Positions 50,251-63,383 of a stretch of DNA of 64,000 bases are shown here, in pieces (the first letter of the stretch is position 1; each line of letters opens with the position of its first letter). The position numbers and the translations under genes are program-made. The notes below the pieces were generated by a model, which was given only the letters and a program-made list of their open reading frames with translations, was not told where the DNA came from and searched no databases. Source of the DNA: a virus (Duplodnaviria > Caudoviricetes); the IMG/VR virus record IMGVR_UViG_3300021400_000262, positions 32,001-96,000 of that record; one strand, 5' to 3'.

Positions 50251-51216
50251 ATGGCGGCAAATTATGCTAATTATGTTAGATTTTTGCGAGGAACACCTAC
50301 CGCTTATGAAAATTTGCCGAAGAAAGACTCAGACACTTTATATTTTATATCAGAAAAGAATTCAGATTCTGGAGTTCTCTATTTGGGAACTAAATTAATA
50401 AGTGGCGCTGTTTCGATATATACTTCAGTAGAAGCTCTATAGGATATTTTATTGAAGAATTTGAAATAGGGCGATATACTTGTGTATAATGAAGATAAAT
50501 AGAAGTGGGTAAATGCTTCTATTCCAGAACTTGCGACATTAACTGTTCGTATGATGACAGGCGCAACCGAAATTGAAGATGGCTAGTCTGGATTAGTACC
50601 AGAACCAAAAGCAGGAGATTAGAATAAATTCTTGCGCGGGGACGGAACCTGGGCTAATTTTACTGTCCCAGTAATGACTGGAGCATCTTCTTCAAAGGCT
50701 GGAACTTCTGGTTTAGTACCAACTCCTAAGAAAGGAAGTCAAGATTTATTTCTAAGAGGAGATGGTAGTTGGGCCAAAGTAACAGGTACTCTTACGGATG
50801 ATATGATTTAGGATTTTTCTAATTTGAAATCAACTGTAAGTAGAATAGTTGGAGACTATACCGATAAAACCATTTATCAAATTGCCGTTCAAGCTTTAGA
50901 AGATAGTTTGATTGCAGCTAATGCCGCAGAAGATTTGAATTCATTAGGTGAAATTGCTGATTGGATTCAAAGTACAAATAACAAAAATAATGATTTTAAC
51001 GATAGAATTCTAGCCCTAGAAAATTTCGTCTATACAGGAACTGGAGAATAGGATGGTAATACTTCTGTTATAATTCAGGGATTACGCACATCTGTTGGTA
51101 ATTTAACAAATATAATAAATGAAATGCATCCTAAAGTTGAGATGCATGAAGAAAGTATTATAGAGTTAAACGAAAGAACAACATGGCGTGATTTTGCACA
51201 GGGAGATTCTGAGTAA
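50251..51216 (+). CDS. tail fibre-type protein with two MTGA..G.SGLVP.P..G.Q..FLRGDG.W repeats, 321 aa
   Basis: 40-aa tandem repeat at about 50554-50775; C-terminal coiled coil; AAGGAGG site. Confidence 0.72.
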
Positions 51217-51239
51217 AATAAGGAGGAAATTTAAAAAAT

Positions 51240-53072
51240 ATGGCTATTCTTAATACGGATGTAAAAAATGCTAATGTAAAGTTTTTAAATGGTCTCCAAA
51301 GTAATGTAAATACATTAATTACAAATGGTGGCGCAGTAAAAGGAGCTTTTTATTTAACTTCTGATACGCACAGACTTTATATTGGTCAAGAAGATGATAC
51401 TCGCAGTAATATCATTGTTCCTGTTCCTGTTAATGAAGGTGTTTTAACTGTTGCTAGTGTTAGTGCTTTACCATCACCGAACACAGCGGAGCAAGGAGCG
51501 TTTTATTACGCAACTGCGGAAAACATCTTATGCGTTCATAATGGACGCACATGGGTTCAGATAAACCCAGATACTAATACAACAGTACAATATTTTTATA
51601 ATACTATTGTAGATAGTTCTGATAAAACAACTTTAACTTATACTTTAACAGATAGTACTGGTAATGAATTAAGTCAAGGATTAGATTTAGTTGGAGCAAA
51701 TGGTATTAATATTACTTCGGTATCAGGCGCTAACTTTAATGGAACTACATTTGTGCCAAACGCAACAAAAAGAATCACTATCACTGGAGATAGCTACTCT
51801 TTAACTGGCACAACCGCAAGTAATATTGCGACTTTAACTTTAGCTTCTTCTGATACTAATAAAACACCTTCAACGGTTCAAATTCAAGGTGGTTCTAATG
51901 TTAGTATTACTACTGAAAATGATAAAATTGTTCTTAGAGCAACAGATACTTATGTTAATGCTATTTCTCTTACCAACAAACCTACTAATGGGAATGGTTT
52001 TGATTTAACAGCTACTTATAATAATAATAGTAATGAAATTTATAGCACTTTTGATCCAATAGTTAGTATCAATGGAACTCAAGATTATCATTTTGTAAAT
52101 GGTAAGGCAACACTTCCAATTTATAGTAAGAATGAAATTGATGTTTTAGTTAGACAATTAAATTCAATGACATTCCAAGGATTAATCGGAGATAATTAGC
52201 TTTTAACAGCTGTCCCTGATAATTCAACTGTTACCATTAGTGGCACTGGCGGAACAGTTAAATATGTTTCTGTTGGTGATACATTTAAAATGACAACTGC
52301 AAAGAGCGTTATCACTGGGTCAAATACTTCTGGTACTGCTGGAGTTGGAGATCTTATTATTGCTCAAGGTACTGAATATACTGCAGCTGATTATGAGAAT
52401 GGAACAATTACTAATTCTGCTTTAATTGGCACAATCAATCCTGCTACGTTATATTGGGGTATTGTTCCTTCTGGAGATGATACTGTCACTCAAATTAGCT
52501 ATCAAGGTGTTGCTATTGTTGGAGGTATTGAATTACAACAATCTTCAAATAGTCAAACCGTTGCTTCTTTAACAGCTCAAGGTGATAATACTTATATTTA
52601 GGTTAATAGTGCTAATACTGGAACTGGAGATAACGCAAGAAGCTCTCAAGTTTTAACTATTGTCCACAAATTAATAGATTCTGCATTTGTTGATTAGACT
52701 GTAGCTGCTACTTCAGCAACTACTCAATCTGCAAATGCGCCTTTAACGATTCCAGTTATTACTTCTATTAATAGAGATGCTGCTGGTCACGTATAGAATA
52801 TTGTTGTCACTGATTATGTTGTAAGAGATACCATTAGCAGAATTGATGCAAATGGTTTTACAACCAATATTACAGCTGGAGGAACAGCAGATAATTATGC
52901 TAAGATTGATACTAGTTTAACTCTTGTTGATGCTAATAATAATCAAATTAGTAGTCAAACTGCAAGTTTTGTATTAGAATCAGATACTATTCAATTATCT
53001 ACTGCGACAAAAACTATTGGTGGAACAACTTATAAAGCTACTGTAGCTGACATAATTTGGGGTAGTTTTTAA
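51240..53072 (+). CDS. tail fibre-type protein, Thr/Asn/Gly-rich, 610 aa, TAG-recoded
   Basis: N-terminal GAFYLTSDTHRLYIG module; ends WGSF-TAA; track ORFs 51240 and 52290 in frame. Confidence 0.72.
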
Positions 53073-53131
53073 TGGACAAAATTAATTAAATTAATAATTA
53101 ATTTTCGTATTTATTATTGGAAATATATCTT

Positions 53132-53166
53132 ATGGGAAAGATTAGAAATAATCTTTCCCATTATTT
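53132..53166 (+). terminator. terminator-like hairpin
   Basis: ATGGGAAAGATTA/TAATCTTTCCCAT stem, weak T tail. Confidence 0.55.
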
Positions 53167-53196
53167 GTATAAAAAGTTAGAAAGGAGTAAAAATCA

Positions 53197-56100
53197 TTGA
53201 GTACACAAAGTGAATTCAAGTTTAGACCTATTAGAGGTAAAGAAGCTGATTTACTTGAGATGAATGCTCCAGAAGGTTCTGTATTATTTGCATCAGATAC
53301 TGGTAAAATGTATATGATCGCAAATGGTTATAGAATAGCTTTAGGTGGAGATGGCGGCGGCGCCGCTTTACTCTATGGAGAAGCTGAACAAAAAGAAATC
53401 AGTGATTAGGGTTTCTATGAACTGTTATTAAGTGAACTCGAAGATTCTACTGTGCTTCCCGCAAAAGGTGATTTAATTTTGAATAGTGATGGAGCCTTTT
53501 ATAAAGTAGCTTCATATGATCCAGAATCTCAAATCATTTATTGTAAGCTTTTAACCGTTAGTGGAACTGGCGGCGGTGGAGGCGGCGGTCAAACATCTTT
53601 AGCTAAGAAGATTGCTGTTGATGTTTCTAATGAGTCTGGTATTTCAACACTTATTAATGGTCAAGATGCTTTTGCTGCGATTACAGTTACTTCTGGTACT
53701 GATTATAATGGAACATTACTTGATCGTGGTGCCACAATGTGGGTTGATTTAACTCTTCAAATTCAGAATGAAGATAAAAGTTATACCACTTATTATACAT
53801 GGACTAAATATGACGTCGCTGATGGCGATACTTTTAGATTTAACTTTGGACAATATGCTAGACAATCTGCAACTTCTCGTTTAATGGTTGTTGCTCATGG
53901 TAACAACTCTGGTGATAGTTTGTCTTAGTATCTTGGACCTTTTACTATGAGTGATTTAACTCTTAACTTAACAGAGAATTTTAAAGCAAGTATCGGTACT
54001 GTATTTAGAAATACTGATATTACTCTTGCTTGTAATGCCGCTGGTAAGATGGATAGAATTGTTGATTTCTATTGGGATGGAGATTTAATTGATTCAACTC
54101 AATTAAGTGCAACAAATACTACTGGTGCTAATGTTACTTGTCAAGTACATAGAAAAGTAGAAGATATTACTCATGGAAATCATACTGTAAGAATTGAATT
54201 ACATCAATATATTCTTGGAGAAAGAAAGCTTGGACCGGCTCCAATAGAGTTCGAAATTGGTGTTGCGGTCGTCGGTGAAGAGGATCCCGTTGTCTGGTTA
54301 GGAGATTATCAATCAGAGTATTTTAATTACGATGATATTGAAATTCCTTACTATGTATATGATCCAAATCCAGAGAATTATACTGTAACAGTTAATTTAT
54401 ATAAAGATAATATTTTAAATGGTACTCGTATTTTTAATGATGTAAGTGGAACCATTGGTTCTTCTTATGAAATTGTTGACTTTGATGAAGATGAAGGAAT
54501 CCAAAACCATTATAGTATTGGATGTAAGAAAACTATTCGTGATGTTTACTTTACAATAGTTGATGACCCTGACAGAGATATGACACTTCAAGAGCTGCCA
54601 AGCCTCGTTTTGAGTTTCGACTCTAAAGGCCGCAGTAACGACGAGTCCGCAACCAATAGACAGAAATGGTCTTATGGAAATATTGTAGGTTCTTTTAATA
54701 ATTTTAACTGGTATAATAACGGTTGGATTAAGACTAATGAAGGTACTGCATTAAGAATTAGCAATGGTGCTTCTTTCTCTATTCCTGTTGGAGCAATGAC
54801 TTTTGGTGGTTCTCAGCAAGGTCAGCAAGCTCATACTATTGAACTACAATTCAAAGTAAGAAATGTCCAGACTTATGAAAACTTAATTAGTAATATTACT
54901 CGTTATAAGGGTGATGAAGATTATTATGATGCTTTCTATGGACATACTGCTTTTATTCCAGATCCTGGAAATAGCTATAGTTCAATCTATACTTATTATA
55001 AAAAAGTAGATAATAATTATATAAAATTAAAAGATATTGTTGATGCCGCTACATATAATGCAAATGAAGATGTTAAGTATGTCGGGACTGATGAAGGATA
55101 TAAGACAGAATATACTAACTATGATGCATTCTTACAACATTACGCTCCTTCTTTTGGAACTGATTATGATACTGTAACTAAAGATTATGATTATACTCAA
55201 AAGGTATTTAATCTTCATGCTTTAGTTTGTAGTTTCTATAGTGGTACTGATAAGATTCCTATTGGTATTGGTCTTGGTCCTCAAGATGCTTTCTTTACTA
55301 ATGGAACAAATACAGTCAACGTATCTTATGTTGAAGATAAGATGGTTAATCTTGCTATTACCTATTCTAATACTGGATTAATGTCTATTTATTTAAATGG
55401 TGTTCTTACAGGAGTTGTTTATTCTACTCTTGATGGAGCATTTAAGATTAATACCGACAATATTGTATTTAATTCAACTTATTGCGATATTGATTTATAT
55501 AAATTAAGAGTTTACAATATTGACTTATCTATTAATGAAGTTGTTACTAACTATGCGGTAGATTTAAAAGATGTTGTAATGTACGATCAAAACACTCTTG
55601 TTGATGCAAATGATAAGACTTTATTTGATTTTAATCAGATGATTGAATATAATACAAATCATCCTTCTGATCCAATAATGCCTTATATTGTTTTTGAAAC
55701 AACAAGAGATGGTAGTGAAGATAGACTTTCTTGGTCTAAGAAAACAACAGTTCCTATTAAAGTAGAATTTGTAAATACTGTTCTTGATAGAGCGTATAAT
55801 TCTGGAGAACTTGAATTATTAGCTCAACAAGATGGCGTTACTGTTGAAGATTATTATCTCCATCATTGCCCATCTTGGACTGGTGAAGGAATTGAAATGA
55901 AGGTTCAAGGTACTTCTTCTGAATTCTATCCAAGACGTAATTATAAATTAAAATGTAAAGGATTAATGAATGCTCATAAAGGACCTTTCTTAAGCGAAAG
56001 CAGAAAAATAGATTGGTTCTACATGAATAACTATTCTGTTGGTACAACTAAATTCACAATGAAGATTGACTTTATGGAATCTTCTGGTTCTTATAATAGA

Positions 56101-59100
56101 GGACTTGGTAATTTAGTTCATAATGCTTATTCTCATCATCCATTATGGTATTATAATTAGGCAGGGGCTTTAACAAAGCAGGCTTCTACTTATACAGAAG
56201 TTGCGGCAAATGCTGAATTTGATCCTAATGAAAATTATTATTATATTAATCATAAAGGTAATTGGAAGATTGCTAAAAATGGAAATGATGGGCATGATGC
56301 AAAAGCTGATAATTCTGATGGATTAACAGTTGCTAATGTCGTAGATTTAAAAAGTGGTCCAGTTGCATTAGGAACTGCACAAAATATTACTAAAGTTTCT
56401 TCTGATACCGCTAATCAATATTATAATAAATTCTATACAAGCGTAACAGCTTATGAAAATGTTAATGTTGAGAATGAATTTAATTTAAATGATTTAAGAA
56501 CTTGTATTGCTGGATTCCCAGTATTAGCTTTCCACAAGAAATCTGATGGTAGCTACACTTATATCGGTAGATATAATATGTTGCTTGATAAGGGTTCTGA
56601 TGAAGCTTATGGATATAAGTTTGATTATTATTTAAAGTATTTAAAGAATAAGGCTGTTAAGAAAAAGGCTGAATGTTGGGAGTTTGAAAACAACTCTCGT
56701 GGATTCTGTTCTTTCAGAGATCCTAAGAATAGAAGAGTATTAAGTTTTAATACTGGAGATTTCTTAGATAGCGAAACATCTACAGCTCCTTCAGTTGTTG
56801 ATGACTTTGAATACAGATACCATACCGCCGCTGATTCTTTAGATACTATTAGTGGTGCTGACTCTACTAGAATGAATGCATTAACTGCAGATCAGATCGC
56901 ACTTATTAAGGACGAAACTGGAGTAGAAGTTACTAATATTGAAAAAGGTCAAGATTTAATTTTTGATTTATATGGTAACTGGGAAAAAGCCGTTGCTTGG
57001 GTTTGGTCTACTGCTTTAGATGTAAGTTTTAATGATGGTACTTCTGTTTTAAAAGAAGCTGATATTGAATTATTAGAGCCAGAAGAAAAAGCTAAATATT
57101 TATTAAGAAGATATGAAAAAGTTGCATCTGGTACTGAGTATGATGCTAATGAAACATACTATGTTTATAGTCGTCATTTATATCAGCCTTATACTTTTGT
57201 TGATGCCGAAACTTTTGCTACAGATATTGCTGATGGTAAATTATATACTTATAATGTGTTTACTAAACAATTTGCTGAGGGTGAAAAAACTTATGAGTAT
57301 GATTCTTATGAATATAGATTTGATAAATTTAAATATGAAGTAACTGATCACTTTAATTTAGATTATTTATTAACCTATTTTGTTGTTACTGAAACTCTTG
57401 AATGCTATGACTCTCGTGGTAAGAATGCAATGTTCGCATCTTGGGGTCCAATGACCGAAGGTGGAGAATATATTTGGTTCCCAACCTTCTACGATATGGA
57501 TACACAGTTAGGTATTAATAATACTGGTATTCCATCTTTTGAATTCTCTGTTGACGCAACAAAAGAAGGTTCTTTCTCTACTAATGATAGCGTTTTATGG
57601 AATAATATTTATACGGTCTTCCGCAATCAGATAGTCCAAAAATATAAGCAGTTAAAGGGTGAAACTGAAGGTTTAGGAACTTTTGAACCATTAAGTTATG
57701 CTCCTTTTGCTAGCGTTACTCGTATTGAAGGTTGGTATGAAAGCGATCCAACTATTTGCGGACAGATTGTTATGAGAGGCCAGAGACCTTTAAGTGCTAT
57801 CAACTTGGATGAGTATTTTAAATATATTGCTATTACAACTAAAGCCGGTGGTGGTTATTAGAACCGTGATGGTGGTATTAGCTATGATAATAGTGATATT
57901 CAAAATGGTAATGGTTCTCCTACTGGTGCATATTTCTATGCATTACAAGGAGATAGATCTCTTTCTAGACAGCAGTTTTTAGCAAACCGTATTAACTACC
58001 TTGATTCTTGGTTAACCGTTGGCAACTACGCTAGAGGTGGACAAAATGCATTCTGGGGACGTATTTCCGCAAATGATATGTATGAAGATGGAGGCGTAAT
58101 TAAGACAAATAACTTAAAATCTGATGTTTGGGTTGAAGATGCTTCTATTGGAACTGATTCTCCATTCTATAGCGAATATTACGATGGACTTGGTAATAAG
58201 AAGAATGAATTTGATGCAGAATACTGGATTACAGTAACTCCTTCAAGAAGAGCTTATGTTACTCTTGGAGATGATGCTGAAAACTATCCTTCTGTTCAAT
58301 TCTTAAATAATCCTGTTAAATATAATATTACTAAACTTGAGAATGGTATTAGAACAAGTTTGAACTATAAAGAGCAATTATTCTATGTCTATGGCGTTGA
58401 AACAATGAAAAGCTTAGGTAATTTACATAATTTGTATTTTACTGAATTACACTTCTAGACCAATGCTAATAAACTAACTGACTTTATTGTTGGTTGGGAT
58501 GGATTAGATACTAATAATTAGAAATGGTTCAACTATCAAACAAACAGATATGAATTATCTGTAATGCCATTATTACAAGAGGCTAACTTTAGTAATATTC
58601 AATATAAGACTGGTGTTGATACTGTTCTTGATTTAACTGCGAGTGAAAAACTTCAAAACTTCCGTGCTACAGGTTCTAACTTTACTCAGATCAAATTTGC
58701 TGAAGGTGTTGCATTAAATACATTGTATTTACCATCAACAATTACTGAGTTGAATTTAACTGAAGCTCGTCAGTTAACGAATATTATTACTAATTATCAA
58801 ACTCCTACTAAGAATTCTACTACTGGAAAATTAGTGGCTGCTCCTGGATTGTATATTGAGAAATTTACTGATTATCTTGGAAGAATTGGTACAAGTAATT
58901 ACTTAACTGATTGCCAGAATATCGTTACTAATTTACAAAAGATTTCTATTTTAAATGCTTATAATTTGGGATATGATTCTTATAAGTTAGTAAATGGTTT
59001 CTATCAAAAGACAAAGAGCAATACTGCTAATACATTTAGAATTGCTCTTACAGATGTTTTATGGTCACCATATAAACTGGTTGATGAAGGAACTGTTTAT

Positions 59101-60915
59101 GATCCAGAAGTAGAGTATTATTTAGATAACTATCATTATGGATTAACCAGATATAATTACAATCCTGCTACAGACTTTGAAACTGAAAATGGTATTAGAG
59201 TTAATGAAGGTAATGAATGGAATAGCCATATTAAGAATGGTGAGTTATATTATTATGATACTACTGAAGCTACTAACAAGACAATGATTAAAGATTTAGA
59301 GATGCTTTTAGCATTTATGAATTCTAATAACTATGTTGGTACTGCTGAAAATAGTGGTATTCCTAATATTACTGGTTTAATTTATATTGATAATGATACT
59401 GCGGAAGGATTAAAAACTTTAGATGGCGAGACTGTAATTGATGAATATTATGTTCGTAATGTATTGCAGCCACAATATCCTGGTTTGAAATTCTTCTTTG
59501 CTAATTTAACAAATAATTATACTGCAAGATTTGTATTATTAGATGAGGATAATGATAAACTTTATACTTTAATTGGTACTTAGACTGTTAGAGAAGGAAG
59601 ATTTACTAATCCTATTACTGCTTATGGAGATATTTCTGATACTAAAGATGAATATGATTTCTATGGTTGGTCTAGTGATGCAGAAGGCAATACTATTCTT
59701 GTAAATGTTGATACTGGCGATACAGCTATTGATATTTGGAATACAAGTAATGCTACTCTTGCGGTTAGTGGTACTTCTACCTACACATTCTATGCTATTT
59801 TCTCTGTACATAAGTATATTATGACATTTGTTGATGGTAATGGCAATAGTGTTACTAAAGCAATAGTTTCTGGTGAAAGATTAACTGCTCCAGACAATTA
59901 TTTACCACCAAAAGATGATAGTGAATTAGGCAAGAATGAAGCTGGAGAAGAACAAACTTATAGATTTATTGGATGGTCTTTATCAGAAACTGGTACTGTT
60001 ATTAATTTAGCTAATTATAAAGCTGATAAAGATAGAAGATTATATGCTCAATATGAAGAAATTAGCGTATATGAAAATCCAATTAGCATGGAATATTTTA
60101 ATGTAAGATAGGTCAACTATAATCAACAGTATAATCCACAAGATCCAGATGCTAGTTACTATATTACTGGTTATGAAATTACTCCTAAGATGAGAGGAAT
60201 TTTATCTGGCAAGATTACTATTCCTAACGAAATTACTGTTAATGGAACCACATTACCAGTTATCTTATTAGGTACTAGTAGCTCTGAAGCTGGTCAATGG
60301 CAAGGAGCAACAAAGATATTCTTTGAGAATCCTAAGACACATCAGTTAAGAGGTATTATAGATAGTGCTTTCAGTGGCTCTACTACATTACAATATTTTG
60401 AAATTCCTTCTAATTTAAGATATATTGGCGCTAGTGCTTTTTAGAGCATAAGAACTTTAGCAATTCCTGAATTTACTAAAGCTCCAATTTATAGGATTGG
60501 AGATTATGCTTTCAACGGTTCTTTAACATCTGATACTTTAGATTTAAATAATCGTGAAGAATTAAATATTAGCCTTGGTGGTGATGTAATTTACCTTGGT
60601 TAGGGTAGCTTCAGTAATGCTTATGGTGGAGGTTATTTCAGAGCATATGGTACATTTACCATTGGTTCTAATGATAATCCATCTAAGTTAACAGCTCCAG
60701 TCAATCTCCCAATTAGCCGTAATAACGGTGATTATTCTCAGATTCATACTTTGACTATTTATTGCGGCGACCGCATTACCGAGTTCAGTAATAATAATGT
60801 TCTTTGGGCTGCTCAGGAAGCTGGTGGCTCAGCCGTATGGTTCTACTTGAGAAGTGGAGATACTAACTATACTGCGAAGGTTAATTTAATTGATGCTAGT
60901 GGCACTACACATTAA
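53197..60915 (+). CDS. giant multidomain tail-region protein (LamG-like, CotH-like kinase, LRR, InlB-B-like repeats, BspA-like LRR), 2572 aa, TAG-recoded
   Basis: eight track ORFs in one frame; KVQGTSS..YPRRNYK, KIDFMESS, YIGRYNM, DSRGKN, FYDMDTQLG; YDFYGWS and YRFIGWS repeats; IPSNLRYIGASAF. Confidence 0.75.
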
Positions 60916-60926
60916 GGAGGGGTAAG

Positions 60927-61130
60927 ATGACAAAAAATGTATTCTACATTTATGCCGGAGAGAATGGATTTATGCAATCTCCGATTAAAATCCCCGGTGC
61001 AACAAATGTAATTGAAAAAGTTCGCTTGATTGCTGGCGAAAACATGATTTTAACCGATGGCATTGAAAGAAAAGCTGTCGTTGTAACTACTAAAGAAGAT
61101 GTAAAAAATTGGACTGAAGTTGAGGCTTAA
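60927..61130 (+). CDS. small hypothetical protein, 67 aa
   Basis: AAGGAGG site, clean ORF after the giant gene. Confidence 0.7.
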   Translation: MTKNVFYIYAGENGFMQSPIKIPGATNVIEKVRLIAGENMILTDGIERKAVVVTTKEDVKNWTEVEA

Positions 61131-61197
61131 TTGGCCAATCTTAGTTATTTTACCTTATAACTTCTTTAGATATATTTAGAAAAAGAAAATGTTAGTT

Positions 61198-61237
61198 TGC
61201 GGAAGCCGGTTCTGCGATCGCAGGACCGGTCGCCGCA
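61198..61237 (+). other. GC-rich hairpin in the leader of the next gene
   Basis: TGCGG..CCGGTTCTGCG/CGCAGGACCGG..CCGCA stem. Confidence 0.55.
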
Positions 61238-61277
61238 AGTTTCTTTTAAATATTGAAGAAAGGATTGGGAATAAATA

Positions 61278-63362
61278 GTGATTACATATGTAAATAGTTC
61301 TAATTCTACCAAGTATTCCGTTTTATTTGCCGATGCTGAACAAGCTTTAATTGCCGCTGATATCGCCGCACAGGCAGATGGGCAAGAAAAAGGCAGTATA
61401 ATGCCATACGAGGAAGAAAATGGCGCTCCCAAGAGAGACGAAGCGGGATTATATATTCCAATTGAACCTATTACCACTATTGAAAGATATTTCGCTAAAT
61501 TGCCAGAATTAGTCCAATTAGGTGGAGCTGATTCAGACGATGAGTATGAAGTTCTTCACTCTTCTGGACGTAGATATACAATGCTTCCAATTGATGAAGA
61601 TGTTTTCGATATTAATGCTAATACAAGAATTATAAGTGTTCCTACTTCTTTTGTCAGAAATGGTATTGCTGTTAAAGGTGATGAACTTTCTGAGGTTCTT
61701 TATTTCAGAATTGATCGTTTCTTTGATGCAATGGATTTAGATACAGCTAATATTTATATTCAATGGACTCGTCCAGATGGACAAAGTGGTGTTTCTAAGC
61801 CATGGGTTATTGATATTGAAAGTGAGCCAAATAAAATAATTTTTGGTTGGGCTATATCTTCTTCTATTGCCAAGATGACTGGTACACTTAGATTTGCAGT
61901 TCGTTTCTACAAGTGGGCTGATGATCAGCATGAAACTTTAAATTATAGCTGGGCTACTCAAGCACAGACAGTTTCTATTAAGGATACTCTTGATTTTGCA
62001 TTAAATGAAGAAAACTTCTTAAAAGAGCTTACAACTGATAGCGCCATTGTAAATCGTATTACTGGTAGCAAGACTCATATTACTGATAATGAGGATGCAG
62101 CTGCTCCAGAATATGTATTTAATTTAAGAGATAATTTAGTAAATGATCTTCCTGTTGGAAAGCAAGAAGATGGATTTGTTTATATTGATCTTGTTGCAGA
62201 TCCTGTTACTGGAAAAGAGACTTATACTTTCAAAGTACAAGCTAAATCAACCGATGGTGGTATTGTTTCTTATACTTGGAAAGAAAAAGACCATTCTCAA
62301 CCTCTTGGTTCTGATTATGATCAAGGTGCTGATGGTACTAAATCTATTACAAGATTAGGTTTTGAATTAACTGCTGATATAGAAGTTAAAGATAAGATTT
62401 ATTATATTAAGACTGGAGAAGGTAATCAAGCTGTTTATACTGCTTTTGATACTGATGGTCTTGAACCAGAAGAAACTCCAGCAAGCAAGGGATTATATGA
62501 GAAATTTGCTTATTGCACAGTAAGCCAAATTGGTACTTATAAAGCTGTAGCTAGCAACCGTAAAGTTGGTTCTAATGCTACTACTTTGAATTCTGATACT
62601 TGTATCGTTCCTATGCCTGTTGATCCAACAATCACAACTCAGATTCCTGCAGCAGAAATTATTCCAGAAGTTGACTCTGAAAAGAATCCAATTACTGATG
62701 GAACGGTTACTCTTACTGTTGTTGCAACTAATACTGAGACTAATGGTTCTAAGGATGGTGTCTTAACATATTCTTGGTTCTATAAACAAAAGGATACTGA
62801 TGGTTGGGTTCAGTTAAAAGGAAAGACTGAGAGTTCTCTTGAGATTGTTAATAATGTTCACTTTACTGGTATTACTACAGTAGAAGGCGAAAATGGCGAA
62901 ACTATTGATGCTGAAACTGGTGAACCATTAACTTCTGAGGCTGAAATTCCTCAGCTTGAAGGATTCTACAAAGTTAGAATTAATAACCATAAAAATATGC
63001 AAGATACTGTTGTTGATAGTATTCCTTGCCGTGTATCATTTACTGCGGAAGCTCCTGTTATTACCTTCCCGACAGATGGTAGTGCAGACTCTGCAAGAAT
63101 TAAGAATGTTGGCGAGACTCTCTATGTCCAGCTTTCTGAAAACTGGTATAATAATTGGAATATCTCTGATGATATTCTCTTCCAGTGGTATAAAAGTGGA
63201 GACGTTGAGGGTGCTACTACGACAGAAGATAATGTTGCTGTTGAAGGAGCTACAAATCGTACCTTTGTACCAACAGAGCATGGTGTTTACTTCTGTCATA
63301 TAACTAATATTAAGAATGGAACTGAAGCTTCTACTGATAGTGCTACATTCTCTGTGAACTAA
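61278..63362 (+). CDS. BppU-like baseplate protein with C-terminal Ig-like domains, 694 aa
   Basis: LYFRIDRFFDAMDL..IYIQW..IIFGW.I..G.LRFAVRF module; LTYSWF and FQWYK..G.YFC Ig-like patterns; TAG-free. Confidence 0.7.
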   Translation: MITYVNSSNSTKYSVLFADAEQALIAADIAAQADGQEKGSIMPYEEENGAPKRDEAGLYIPIEPITTIERYFAKLPELVQLGGADSDDEYEVLHSSGRRYTMLPIDEDVFDINANTRIISVPTSFVRNGIAVKGDELSEVLYFRIDRFFDAMDLDTANIYIQWTRPDGQSGVSKPWVIDIESEPNKIIFGWAISSSIAKMTGTLRFAVRFYKWADDQHETLNYSWATQAQTVSIKDTLDFALNEENFLKELTTDSAIVNRITGSKTHITDNEDAAAPEYVFNLRDNLVNDLPVGKQEDGFVYIDLVADPVTGKETYTFKVQAKSTDGGIVSYTWKEKDHSQPLGSDYDQGADGTKSITRLGFELTADIEVKDKIYYIKTGEGNQAVYTAFDTDGLEPEETPASKGLYEKFAYCTVSQIGTYKAVASNRKVGSNATTLNSDTCIVPMPVDPTITTQIPAAEIIPEVDSEKNPITDGTVTLTVVATNTETNGSKDGVLTYSWFYKQKDTDGWVQLKGKTESSLEIVNNVHFTGITTVEGENGETIDAETGEPLTSEAEIPQLEGFYKVRINNHKNMQDTVVDSIPCRVSFTAEAPVITFPTDGSADSARIKNVGETLYVQLSENWYNNWNISDDILFQWYKSGDVEGATTTEDNVAVEGATNRTFVPTEHGVYFCHITNIKNGTEASTDSATFSVN

Positions 63363-63383
63363 TAAGAATAAAGGAGATAAAAC

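Noticed and set aside
4375-63303. Minus-strand and off-frame ORFs in the track (for example 7013, 11678, 18275, 23590, 35416, 35459, 62956)
   Set aside because: They are shadows of the recoded + strand genes, with no SD and implausible composition
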